Source: Alphaproteobacteria bacterium (lineage in GTDB: Bacteria; Pseudomonadota; Alphaproteobacteria; GCA-2731375). Taken from it: a DNA stretch of 64,000 nucleotides. Of the stretch, positions 55,256 through 64,000 are shown one piece after another. The position numbers were made by a program, and so were the translations under genes. The stretch is from contig CBDDPY010000002.1 of NCBI GenBank assembly GCA_965232515.1, forward strand, positions 1,632,001 through 1,696,000, read 5' to 3'. How positions within the stretch are numbered: the stretch's first letter is position 1; the number at the start of each line of letters is the position of its first letter. The notes under the pieces are model-generated. The model was not told the DNA's origin, ran no database searches, and worked only from the letters and a program-made list of their open reading frames with translations.

Positions 55256-56254
55256 ATGAAGCTTGTTCTCAGAGGGTCCTATCCTGACGGGCACCTGGAC
55301 TATATCCGGCAGCAGCTGACATCGGACTGGCGCATCGAACCCGTCGATCCGGAGGACGACAAAGCGGCCTTCGCCGCGGCGCTCGCGGATGCCGACGCGG
55401 TCGTCGCCATGGGCTGGTCGGCGGGGCAGCCGGCGGCGCCCAATCTGCGCCTGCTGCAATTACCGGGCGCCGGATACGATCGCATCGATTTCACGGCCGT
55501 GCCGCCAAACGCCACCGTGTGCAACGTCTTCGAGCATGAGATCGGTATCGCCGAATACGTGCTTGCCGGCATCCTGCAGTGGGAGACCTGGTTCATGCGC
55601 CTGCACAACGGGATGCGGCAGGGCAGCTGGCGGGACAGCCTGTTTACGCGGGGACCGACGCATGGCGAACTGTTCGGCAAGACCATCGGCATCGTCGGCT
55701 ACGGCCGGATCGGCCAGGAGGTGGCGAAGCGCGCCAAGGCCTTCGGCGTGACCGTCCGGGCCTGCACCCGGTCACCGCGGAAGCGCGACGACAACGTCGA
55801 CCGGATCGCGGGCATGGACGGGCTCGACGCCATGCTGCCGGACTGCGACTACCTGCTGATCGCCTGTCCGCTGCTGAAATCGACCCGCGGGCTGATGGAC
55901 ACGCGCCGCTTCGGCCTGATGAAAGACAGCGCCGTGATCATCAACGTGGCGCGCGGCGAGGTGATCGACGAGGACGTGCTCTACGCCGCCTGCCGCGACC
56001 GCACGATCGGCGGCGCTATCATCGACACCTGGTACAACTACCCGGGCAGCCGCGACCCCGACGCCGTGACCTACCCCTCCAGGCACCCGTTCCAGGAACT
56101 GGAAAATGTCTTCATGTCGCCGCATTCGGCCGGCTGGACGACGGGCCTCTGGCCACGTCGCTGGAAGGTGATCGCCGAGAACATGAACCGGCTGGCCCGC
56201 GGCGAGGATCTACTGAACAAGCTCTACGAGCCCGGCGGCGCCCCGCCGGAGTGA
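55256..56254 (+). CDS. D-isomer specific 2-hydroxyacid dehydrogenase
   Basis: GAGYD, GIVGYGRIG, INVARGEVIDE, MSPHSAG. Confidence 0.92.
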   Translation: MKLVLRGSYPDGHLDYIRQQLTSDWRIEPVDPEDDKAAFAAALADADAVVAMGWSAGQPAAPNLRLLQLPGAGYDRIDFTAVPPNATVCNVFEHEIGIAEYVLAGILQWETWFMRLHNGMRQGSWRDSLFTRGPTHGELFGKTIGIVGYGRIGQEVAKRAKAFGVTVRACTRSPRKRDDNVDRIAGMDGLDAMLPDCDYLLIACPLLKSTRGLMDTRRFGLMKDSAVIINVARGEVIDEDVLYAACRDRTIGGAIIDTWYNYPGSRDPDAVTYPSRHPFQELENVFMSPHSAGWTTGLWPRRWKVIAENMNRLARGEDLLNKLYEPGGAPPE

Positions 56255-56267
56255 GGCACTGTTATTG

Positions 56268-56334
56268 GTCATCCTGGCGAAGGCCAGGATCCACCGCTGA
56301 ATCAGATTTGGATGCTGGCCTGCGCCAGCATGAC
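56268..56334. repeat. REP-like composite palindromic element
   Basis: GTCATCCTGGCGAAGGCCAGGATCCA ... TGGATGCTGGCCTGCGCCAGCATGAC; same GTCAT..TCCA/TGGA..ATGAC frame as 6085-6171. Confidence 0.8.
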
Positions 56335-56372
56335 AAACGGGTGCAGGTGGCTCGGGTGTTCTTTGGCTGCCC

Positions 56373-57158
56373 TCACCGCGCCTTGGCGGCGGCCATGCCG
56401 AGATGCATGCCGGCGTCGCAGATCAGGACCTCGCCGGTAATGTTGCGGCTGCCGGCGAGCAGCATCACCGCGGCTTCCGCCATGTCCTCGGGCGTGCCGG
56501 CGCGGCGCAACGGCGCGCGGGTTTCGAGCGCCTTGAGCTGGGCGTTGTAGGCCTCGTCGCCCATGCCCTGCCGCAGCCATTCGCCCTGCACGAAGCCGGG
56601 GCAAAGGGCGTTGACCTTGATGTCGGGGCCGAGCGCGCGGGCGAGCGACAGCGTCATGGTGTTGACCGCGCCCTTCGACGCCGCATAAGCGACCGAACTG
56701 CCGACGCCCATGACCGCGGCGATCGAGGAGATATTGACGACGGAGCCGCCGCCCGAGGCCCGCATATGATCGGCGCAGGCCCGGATCATCTGATAGCCGC
56801 CGACCACGTTGACGCCGAAGATCCGCTGGAAGTCCTCGGCCTGGAGACCCTCCAGGTTGTCATGCGCATTGAACGTCGTGGTGCCGGCGTTATTGACCAG
56901 GCCGTCGAGCCGGCCCCAGCGGTCGAAAGCCGTGTCGGCGAGACGCCGGCAATCGGCGTCCGAGGCAACGTCGGCCTGCACCACCAGCGTCTCCGCGCCG
57001 GCCGCCTCGCAGGCCTCGGCGACGGCCTTGGCGGCGGCCTCGCTGCGGCTGTAGTTGATGACCACGTTGGCGCCACGGCCAGCCAGCAGCTTCACCGTCG
57101 CGGCCCCGATGCCGCTTGACGATCCGGTCACGATGACGGTCCAGTCCTTGACGTCCAC
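56373..57158 (-). CDS. Short-chain dehydrogenase/reductase
   Basis: TGSSSGIG, VNNAG, YAASK, VNALCPG; GTG start at 57158. Confidence 0.92.
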   Translation of the reverse strand: MDVKDWTVIVTGSSSGIGAATVKLLAGRGANVVINYSRSEAAAKAVAEACEAAGAETLVVQADVASDADCRRLADTAFDRWGRLDGLVNNAGTTTFNAHDNLEGLQAEDFQRIFGVNVVGGYQMIRACADHMRASGGGSVVNISSIAAVMGVGSSVAYAASKGAVNTMTLSLARALGPDIKVNALCPGFVQGEWLRQGMGDEAYNAQLKALETRAPLRRAGTPEDMAEAAVMLLAGSRNITGEVLICDAGMHLGMAAAKAR

Positions 57159-57269
57159 CTGCAATCCCCTTCCCTGAAATCGACTGCGTGACCCTAATCG
57201 GCCGGGCGTTTCCAACCAACCACGAAGTTGGTTGCCGTCGGCCAGCCGGGGCACTAAGTTCCCCGCGCC

Positions 57270-58004
57270 ATGACCTATTGCGTTGGAATTCTCGTCGACG
57301 ACGGGCTTGTATTCGTCTCGGATTCGCGGACCAATGCCGGCGTCGACCAGGTCGCCACCTTCCGCAAGACCATCACCTATCACCGGCCGGACGACCGGGC
57401 GATCGTGCTGCTGACGTCGGGCAATCTGTCGATCACGCAGTCGGTCGAGACCCTGCTGCGGCGCGCCATCGAGGCCGAGGACGAGAGCCGCAGCCTGATG
57501 CAGGTGCGCTCGCTGTTCGACGGCGCGCGGGCGGTCGGCGGCGCCCTGCGCGAGATCTACGAATACGACGGCAAGCACCTGGAAGCCCACAACACCGATT
57601 TCAATGCCGGCCTGATCCTGGGCGGACAGATCAAGGGCCAGCCGCCGCGGCTGTTCCAGATCTACGCCGCCGGCAATTTCATCGAGGCGACGACGGAAAC
57701 GACCTTCTTTCAGACCGGCGAAACGAAATACGGCAAGCCGGTGCTGGACCGCCTGATCAGCCGGGATACCAGCCTGACGACGGCGGCGAAATGCGCGCTC
57801 GTCTCCTTCGATTCGACCATGCGCAGCAACGTCTCCGTCGGCATGCCGCTGGATTTGACCTGCTACCGCAGCGATTCCTACGAATTCGGCGTGACCGAGC
57901 GGATCGACGAGACCTCAGCCTATTTCAACATGATCCACAACGAGTGGTCGGCCGGCCTGGGACGGGTATTCAACGAGGTGCCCGACCCGGAATGGGAGAT
58001 CTAA
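57270..58004 (+). CDS. Proteasome-type Ntn protease (Anbu)
   Basis: MTYCVG (Thr1 nucleophile), SDSRTNAGVD, GNFIEA, GETKYGKP, DSTMRSNVSVG.P.D. Confidence 0.93.
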   Translation: MTYCVGILVDDGLVFVSDSRTNAGVDQVATFRKTITYHRPDDRAIVLLTSGNLSITQSVETLLRRAIEAEDESRSLMQVRSLFDGARAVGGALREIYEYDGKHLEAHNTDFNAGLILGGQIKGQPPRLFQIYAAGNFIEATTETTFFQTGETKYGKPVLDRLISRDTSLTTAAKCALVSFDSTMRSNVSVGMPLDLTCYRSDSYEFGVTERIDETSAYFNMIHNEWSAGLGRVFNEVPDPEWEI

Positions 58005-58139
58005 GGTCACCGGCCCGAATTCGGAAATATGTGGGCAGCCAAACAATTGCTTCAGGGCGGGTCCCGGTTTCGCTAAGATCGCGCCCAGCTTCGGCTTGCC
58101 GGGGAGGCGGCCGACCATCCGTCTGGGAGGAGGATTTTT

Positions 58140-59306
58140 ATGAAGAAGAAACTCGTCGGACTAGTGTCCGCGTTGGCGCTGTTGGCGACGCCGTCGCTCG
58201 CCGCGGATACGGTCAAGGTTGGCTTTATCGTGACCCTGTCGGGGCCGGCCGGCATCATCGGCAAGCACATGAAGGACGCCTTCGAACTTGGGCTCGAGCA
58301 TGTCGGCGGCAAGATCGGCGGCCTGGAGACCGAGGTCATCTTTGGCGACGATCAGCGTAAGCCGGATGTCGCCAAGCAACTGGTTGACAAGATGATCAAA
58401 CGCGACCGCGTCCAGTTCGTGACCGGCATCATCTGGTCGAACCTGATGATGGCGATCCATGGCCCCGTCACGCGCTCGGATACCTTCCTGATCAGCTCCA
58501 ATGCCGGCCCCTCGCCGATCGCCGGCAAGCGCTGCTCGGAGAACTTCTTCTCGGTGTCCTGGCAGAACGACCAGACGCCCGAGGCGATGGGCAAGTACCT
58601 GCAGGACAAGGGCATCGACAATGTCTACCTGATGGCGCCGAACTACCAGGCTGGCAAGGACATGCTCGCCGGCGTGCAGCGCTACTATAAGGGCAAGGTC
58701 GCCGGCCAGGTTTTCACCAAGCTGGGCCAGCAGGACTATTCGGCCGAACTGTCGACGCTGCGCGCGGCCAAACCCGACGCCGTTTTCGTCTTCCTGCCGG
58801 GCGGCATGGGCATCAACTTCGTCAAGCAGTACGCCCAGGCCGGCTTGAAAGACTCGATCCCGCTCTACACCGCCTTCACCGCCGACGCCGTGACCCTGCC
58901 GGCGCAGAAGGACGCGGCGCTGGGCGTGCTGGGCACCCAGACCTGGAGCCCCGACCTCGGCAACCCCGTGAACAAGCGCTTCGTCGAGGATTTCAAAGCG
59001 AAGTACGGCTACATCCCGTCGTTCTACGCCGCCCAGGCCTATGACACCGTGCGCTTCCTCGACGCCGCCGTCGCTAAGGTCGGCAATGTCAGCGACCGCG
59101 ACGCGCTGCGCGCGGCCATGCGGTCGGGCGACTTCCCGAACACCCGGGGCTCGATCAAGTTCAATAACAACCACTTCCCGATCCAGAACTTCTACATGCG
59201 CGAAGTGGTCAAGCAGGACGACGGCAGCTTCACCACGAAGATCCAGGGCATCGTCTTCCCGGCCTATGGCGACAGCTATGCCAAAGACTGCAAGATGAGC
59301 TGGTAG
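58140..59306 (+). CDS. ABC transporter substrate-binding protein (LivJ/HAAT family, aromatic-acid-binding-like)
   Basis: Signal peptide, TLSGPAG, DDQRKPD, NAGPS, PNYQAGKD, FLPGGMG. Confidence 0.93.
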   Translation: MKKKLVGLVSALALLATPSLAADTVKVGFIVTLSGPAGIIGKHMKDAFELGLEHVGGKIGGLETEVIFGDDQRKPDVAKQLVDKMIKRDRVQFVTGIIWSNLMMAIHGPVTRSDTFLISSNAGPSPIAGKRCSENFFSVSWQNDQTPEAMGKYLQDKGIDNVYLMAPNYQAGKDMLAGVQRYYKGKVAGQVFTKLGQQDYSAELSTLRAAKPDAVFVFLPGGMGINFVKQYAQAGLKDSIPLYTAFTADAVTLPAQKDAALGVLGTQTWSPDLGNPVNKRFVEDFKAKYGYIPSFYAAQAYDTVRFLDAAVAKVGNVSDRDALRAAMRSGDFPNTRGSIKFNNNHFPIQNFYMREVVKQDDGSFTTKIQGIVFPAYGDSYAKDCKMSW

Positions 59307-59326
59307 ACCTGATGGTCTGACGCTGG

Positions 59327-59360
59327 ACGGGGACGCCGAAAGGGCGTCCCCGTTTCTGTT
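59327..59360 (+). terminator. Intercistronic hairpin/terminator after the binding protein gene
   Basis: ACGGGGACGCC-N5-GGCGTCCCCGT followed by TTCTGTT. Confidence 0.65.
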
Positions 59361-59404
59361 GGCGGCCCGGCGCCGCGCAGCCTACGACGAGGAAACATTC
59401 CGAT

Positions 59405-60328
59405 ATGGACGGCTTGCTGCTGCTGGAGCAGACGTTCAACGGCCTGCAGTTCGGCGTCATGCTGTTCCTGATGGCGGCCGGGCTGACGCTCGTGTTCGGC
59501 ATCATGGACATGGTCAACCTGGCGCACGGCTCGCTGTATATGGTCGGCGCCTATATCGCGACGACCTTCACCCAGTGGACCGACTCGTTCGTGCTCGGCA
59601 TCCTGCTGGCCGTGCCGGCGACGGCGCTCGTCGGCATTGTCGTTGAAGTGGTGGTGCTGCGGACGCTCTACGACCGCGACCACCTGGACCAGGTGCTGGC
59701 CACCTTCGGGCTGATCCTGTTCTTCAACGAGCTGGTGCGTATCGTCTGGGGACCGGCGGCGCTGTTTTCGGACATCCCCGCTTTCCTGCAGGGCCAGGTC
59801 GAAATCATCCCCGGGGCCCCCTACCCGGCCTATCGCCTGGCGATCATCGGCGTCGGCCTGGCGGTGGCGCTGGCGCTCTACCTGATCGTCAGCCGCACCC
59901 GCATGGGCATGCTGATCCGCGCCGGCGCCAGCAACCGTGAAATGGCCGGCGCACTGGGTGTGAACATCAAGCTGCTGTTCACGCTGGTCTTCGGCCTCGG
60001 CGCCGCCTTTGCGGGCCTCGCCGGCATGATGACCGGGCCGATCACCACGGTCGAGCCGGGCATGGGCGATCCGATCCTGATCCTGGCCTTCGTCGTCATC
60101 ATCATCGGCGGGATCGGCTCCGTGCGCGGCGCCTTCGTGGCGGCGATCCTGGTCGGCCTGGTCGATACCATCGGCCGGGCCTTCCTGCCGCAGTTCTTCC
60201 GCCTGTTCGTCGCCGACTCGACGGCAGACGCGGTCGGGCCGGCCGTGGCCTCGATGCTGATCTACATTCTGATGGCCGCGGTCCTGTTCTTCCGCCCCCA
60301 GGGCCTGTTCCCGGCCCGGACCGGCTGA
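59405..60328 (+). CDS. Branched-chain amino acid ABC permease (LivH-like)
   Basis: GLTLVFG, NLAHGSLYM, GGIGSVRGA, RPQGLF. Confidence 0.93.
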   Translation: MDGLLLLEQTFNGLQFGVMLFLMAAGLTLVFGIMDMVNLAHGSLYMVGAYIATTFTQWTDSFVLGILLAVPATALVGIVVEVVVLRTLYDRDHLDQVLATFGLILFFNELVRIVWGPAALFSDIPAFLQGQVEIIPGAPYPAYRLAIIGVGLAVALALYLIVSRTRMGMLIRAGASNREMAGALGVNIKLLFTLVFGLGAAFAGLAGMMTGPITTVEPGMGDPILILAFVVIIIGGIGSVRGAFVAAILVGLVDTIGRAFLPQFFRLFVADSTADAVGPAVASMLIYILMAAVLFFRPQGLFPARTG

Positions 60329-60336
60329 GCCCGAAC

Positions 60337-61311
60337 ATGCAAATCCTGCGACAGCCCCGTATTCTGGCGCAATTGATCCTGCTGGCGCTGCTGGCAGCCG
60401 TGCCGCCAATCATGACGGCGATCGACGAGCCCTTCTACACCAGCCTGTTCACCCGGATCATGATCTTCGCCATCGCCGCGGCCAGCCTGGATCTGATCCT
60501 GGGCTTTGGCGGCATGGTCAGCTTCGGTCACGCCGCCTATATCGGCGTCGGCGCCTATTCCGTCGGTATCCTGAGCTTCTATGGGGTCGACAACGGCTTT
60601 ATTCAGTTTCCGCTGGCGGTCCTGCTGTCGGCGGTGTTCGCCACCGTGATCGGCGCCATCTGCATCCGCACATCGGGCGTCTATTTCATCATGATCACGC
60701 TCGCCTTCGCGCAGATGCTGTACTTCCTCGGCATCAGCCTGGAGGAATATGGCGGCGACGACGGCATGCCGGTTTACCGCAGCGAGTTCGGCGGCCTGAT
60801 CGACCTCTACGACGCCAACCATCTCTATTACCTGGTTTTCGCCGTGCTCGCCGCGACGCTCTATTTCGGTCACCGCCTGGTCAATTCCCGTTTCGGCATG
60901 GTCGTGCGCGGCATGAAATCGAACAGCCTGCGCATGAGCGCCGTCGGCTACCCGGTCTATCGCTACCGGCTGGCCGCCTATGTGATCTCGGGCACGATGT
61001 GCGGCGTCGCCGGCGCGCTGTTCGCCAACTGGTCCGAGTTCGTCAGCCCGGACATCATGCATTGGGTGCGGTCGGGCGACCTGATCATCATGGTCATCGT
61101 CGGCGGCATGGGCACGCTGTTCGGACCGGTATTGGGCGCCACCGCCTTCCTGCTGATGGAAGAATACCTGCCGGAAATCATCGAAGGCGCGGCGCCGGGC
61201 GCCGGCGAGCACTGGCATTTCGTGTTCGGCCCGATCCTGATCCTGATCGTGCTGTTCGCCAAGGGCGGCATCTTCGGCCTTTTCGCCGGCCGGGAGCGGT
61301 CCGATGACTGA
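60337..61311 (+). CDS. Branched-chain amino acid ABC permease (LivM-like)
   Basis: SFGHAAY.GVGAY, GVYFIMITLAFAQM, GGMGTLFGP. Confidence 0.93.
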   Translation: MQILRQPRILAQLILLALLAAVPPIMTAIDEPFYTSLFTRIMIFAIAAASLDLILGFGGMVSFGHAAYIGVGAYSVGILSFYGVDNGFIQFPLAVLLSAVFATVIGAICIRTSGVYFIMITLAFAQMLYFLGISLEEYGGDDGMPVYRSEFGGLIDLYDANHLYYLVFAVLAATLYFGHRLVNSRFGMVVRGMKSNSLRMSAVGYPVYRYRLAAYVISGTMCGVAGALFANWSEFVSPDIMHWVRSGDLIIMVIVGGMGTLFGPVLGATAFLLMEEYLPEIIEGAAPGAGEHWHFVFGPILILIVLFAKGGIFGLFAGRERSDD

Positions 61312-62059
61312 GCCGATGCTGGAGGTCGAGGGTCTGGTCAAACGCTTCGGCGGCCTGACTGCGACGGACGACCTGAGCCTGACCGTCACCGTCGGCGAGA
61401 TCCACGCCATCATCGGCCCGAACGGCGCCGGCAAGACCACGTTGATCGCCCAGCTCTCCGGCGACCTGACGCCCGACGACGGCCGCATCCGCTTCGCTGG
61501 CCGGGACATCACCGGGCTGCGATCGGACGAACGCTCGCATCTGGGCCTGGCGCGGTCGTTCCAGATCACCAGCATTTTTCCCGACTTCTCGGCGCTCGAC
61601 AACGTGGCGCTTGCCGTGCAGGCACATGCCGGTCACTCGTTCCGCTTCTGGTCGCGGGCGCGCCGAGACGGGGCCCTGCGGACGCCGGCGATGGCGGCGC
61701 TCGACGAGGTCGGCCTGGCGGACCGCGCCGGGATCACCGCGGCCAATCTGAGCCATGGCGAGCAGCGGCAGCTGGAAATCGCCATGGCGCTGGCGACCGG
61801 GCCAGAGCTGTTGCTGCTGGACGAGCCGATGGCCGGCATGGGCGTGGACGAGTCGGCACGTATGATCGAGCTGTTGCAGGGCCTCAAAGGCCGCCACACG
61901 ATCGTGCTGATCGAGCATGACATGGACGCGGTGTTCGCGCTGGCCGATCGGATCACGGTGCTGGTCTACGGCCGCGCCATCGCCACCGGCGCGCCGGCTG
62001 AGATCCGCGCCAACGCCGAGGTCCGGCAGGCCTATCTGGGGGACGATCATGGCGACTGA
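61304..62059 (+). CDS. ABC transporter ATP-binding protein (LivG-like)
   Basis: GPNGAGKT, LARSFQ, LSHGEQR, LLDEP, IEHDM. Confidence 0.94.
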   Translation: MTEPMLEVEGLVKRFGGLTATDDLSLTVTVGEIHAIIGPNGAGKTTLIAQLSGDLTPDDGRIRFAGRDITGLRSDERSHLGLARSFQITSIFPDFSALDNVALAVQAHAGHSFRFWSRARRDGALRTPAMAALDEVGLADRAGITAANLSHGEQRQLEIAMALATGPELLLLDEPMAGMGVDESARMIELLQGLKGRHTIVLIEHDMDAVFALADRITVLVYGRAIATGAPAEIRANAEVRQAYLGDDHGD

Positions 62060-62077
62060 GCGGACCGATGGTTAACG

Positions 62078-62779
<702 letters not shown>

Positions 62780-62866
62780 CGGAATCCTAATTGCCGAGAC
62801 ATACGCGTGGTACGTGCTGGCAGTTGCGCAAAAAACTGTGACTTCAATCCCACTATTCGGATTCCC

Positions 62867-62881
62867 TTAACATCATTTTTA
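62867..62881. promoter_or_regulatory. CtrA-like box upstream of the diguanylate cyclase
   Basis: TTAA-N7-TTTA, one mismatch to TTAA-N7-TTAA, in an AT-rich intergenic region. Confidence 0.4.
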
Positions 62882-62969
62882 CGGCACGAATTCTAGTGTG
62901 GGCGGCAGAGGGCAGCGCGTATGGCGGCCGTTTCGAAAAGGCGCCAACGCTAGGACTCGGGATCTCACC

Positions 62970-64000
62970 GTGGAACAACAGGTCAGCGTCGAACAAGCCG
63001 CGAAATTCGCCGAAAAGGCACATGAGGCCATGTATCAGCATGGCGTGCCGCCGACGCCATCGAATTTCGCCGTCTGGTACCACTATCATTCCGGACGGTT
63101 TCCGGACCTGACCCGCACGATCGAGATCCATCTCGCCAATAAGCGGTCATTCGACGCGGCCCTGAACCGTGAGTTGCATGACCGGTTTTTCGGCTCGGAA
63201 AACGAAGCCAACAACATCCGGCAGATCAGCTCCCAGATCGAAAGCACATTGGGGGACGTGCTGGACCGTATGGGTGAAGTCGGCGCCGACACCGATCGCT
63301 ACGGCAGCATCCTGGCCGAGGTCAGCAGCGAGATCGACGGAGCCGACAGCAGCGGTATCCAGAAGATCGTCGCCAAGCTGGTTGCCGAGACACAGCGCAT
63401 GGCGGACCAGAACGACGCCCTGAAAGGCAAGCTGGAAAGCTCGTCGCTGGAGATCAATCAGCTGCGCGAAGATCTGGCGAACGTCCGACAGGAGTCGCTG
63501 ACGGACGCGCTGACCGGCATCGCCAACCGCAAGATGTTCGACGCCACGCTGCAAGAATGCGCCGACGGCGCCCTGCAGAACGCCGAGCCGCTGTCGCTGA
63601 TGCTGCTCGATATCGATCACTTCAAGAAGTTCAACGACAACTTCGGCCACCAGCTCGGCGACAAGGTGCTGCAGCTCGTGGCGCATACGCTGACCCAATG
63701 CGTGAAGGGCCGCGACCTGCCGGCGCGTTATGGCGGCGAGGAGTTCGCCGTCATCCTGCCACGGACCAGCCTCGAGGACGCGACGACGCTGGCCGATCAG
63801 GTCCGCCTGTCGGTTGCGCAACGCAAGATCGTGCGCAAAAGCACCGGCCAGGACCTGGGCACCATCACCATGTCGATCGGCGTCTCGGCCTATGTCCCGG
63901 GCGAAGACCTCGACGGTCTGGTCAAGCGCGCCGACGAAGCGCTTTACGCGGCCAAGAACGCCGGCCGCAATCGGGTGATGACGCAGGCCGCCGACACAAA
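62970..64000 (+). CDS. Diguanylate cyclase (GGDEF), 3'-partial; absent from the ORF track
   Basis: Own translation from GTG 62970: GVPPTPSNFAVWY, coiled coil, TDALTGIANR, DIDHFKKFND.FGH, ARYGGEEF, ALYAAKNAGRN; no stop before the window end. Confidence 0.93.
   Translation, partial: MEQQVSVEQAAKFAEKAHEAMYQHGVPPTPSNFAVWYHYHSGRFPDLTRTIEIHLANKRSFDAALNRELHDRFFGSENEANNIRQISSQIESTLGDVLDRMGEVGADTDRYGSILAEVSSEIDGADSSGIQKIVAKLVAETQRMADQNDALKGKLESSSLEINQLREDLANVRQESLTDALTGIANRKMFDATLQECADGALQNAEPLSLMLLDIDHFKKFNDNFGHQLGDKVLQLVAHTLTQCVKGRDLPARYGGEEFAVILPRTSLEDATTLADQVRLSVAQRKIVRKSTGQDLGTITMSIGVSAYVPGEDLDGLVKRADEALYAAKNAGRNRVMTQAADT

Overview
High-GC chromosomal window that looks alphaproteobacterial (parE without parC, alpha-type palindromic repeats, alpha-type LexA- and CtrA-like boxes). 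It is densely coding, with about 65 supportable CDSs. I saw no rRNA, tRNA, CRISPR array, transposase, integrase or phage genes. Content: a sialyltransferase-like glycosyltransferase at the left edge, two complete Liv-type ABC importers, many catabolic enzymes, parE, a DEAD-box helicase, phhA, an orphan Anbu protease, an OmpR/histidine-kinase pair with a divergent Spy/CpxP operon, and a GGDEF gene running off the right edge. Most unusual signals: (1) a 2-aminobenzoyl-CoA-type operon that lacks the monooxygenase and instead carries an Fe-S Old Yellow Enzyme fused to a fibronectin-III domain, plus an unknown coupled ORF; (2) an SOS-like promoter with two LexA-like boxes that points at an ~80-nt stem-loop rather than a gene; (3) a stand-alone class III nucleotide cyclase with non-canonical base-specifying residues next to an HD hydrolase; (4) a DddP-like enzyme lacking the DMSP-lyase catalytic Asp; (5) a PadR / permease-prefix / DUF3291 in-frame read-through. 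All family calls come from motif recognition by eye, not database searches. Several starts were moved from the ORF track to the most plausible RBS-supported codon.
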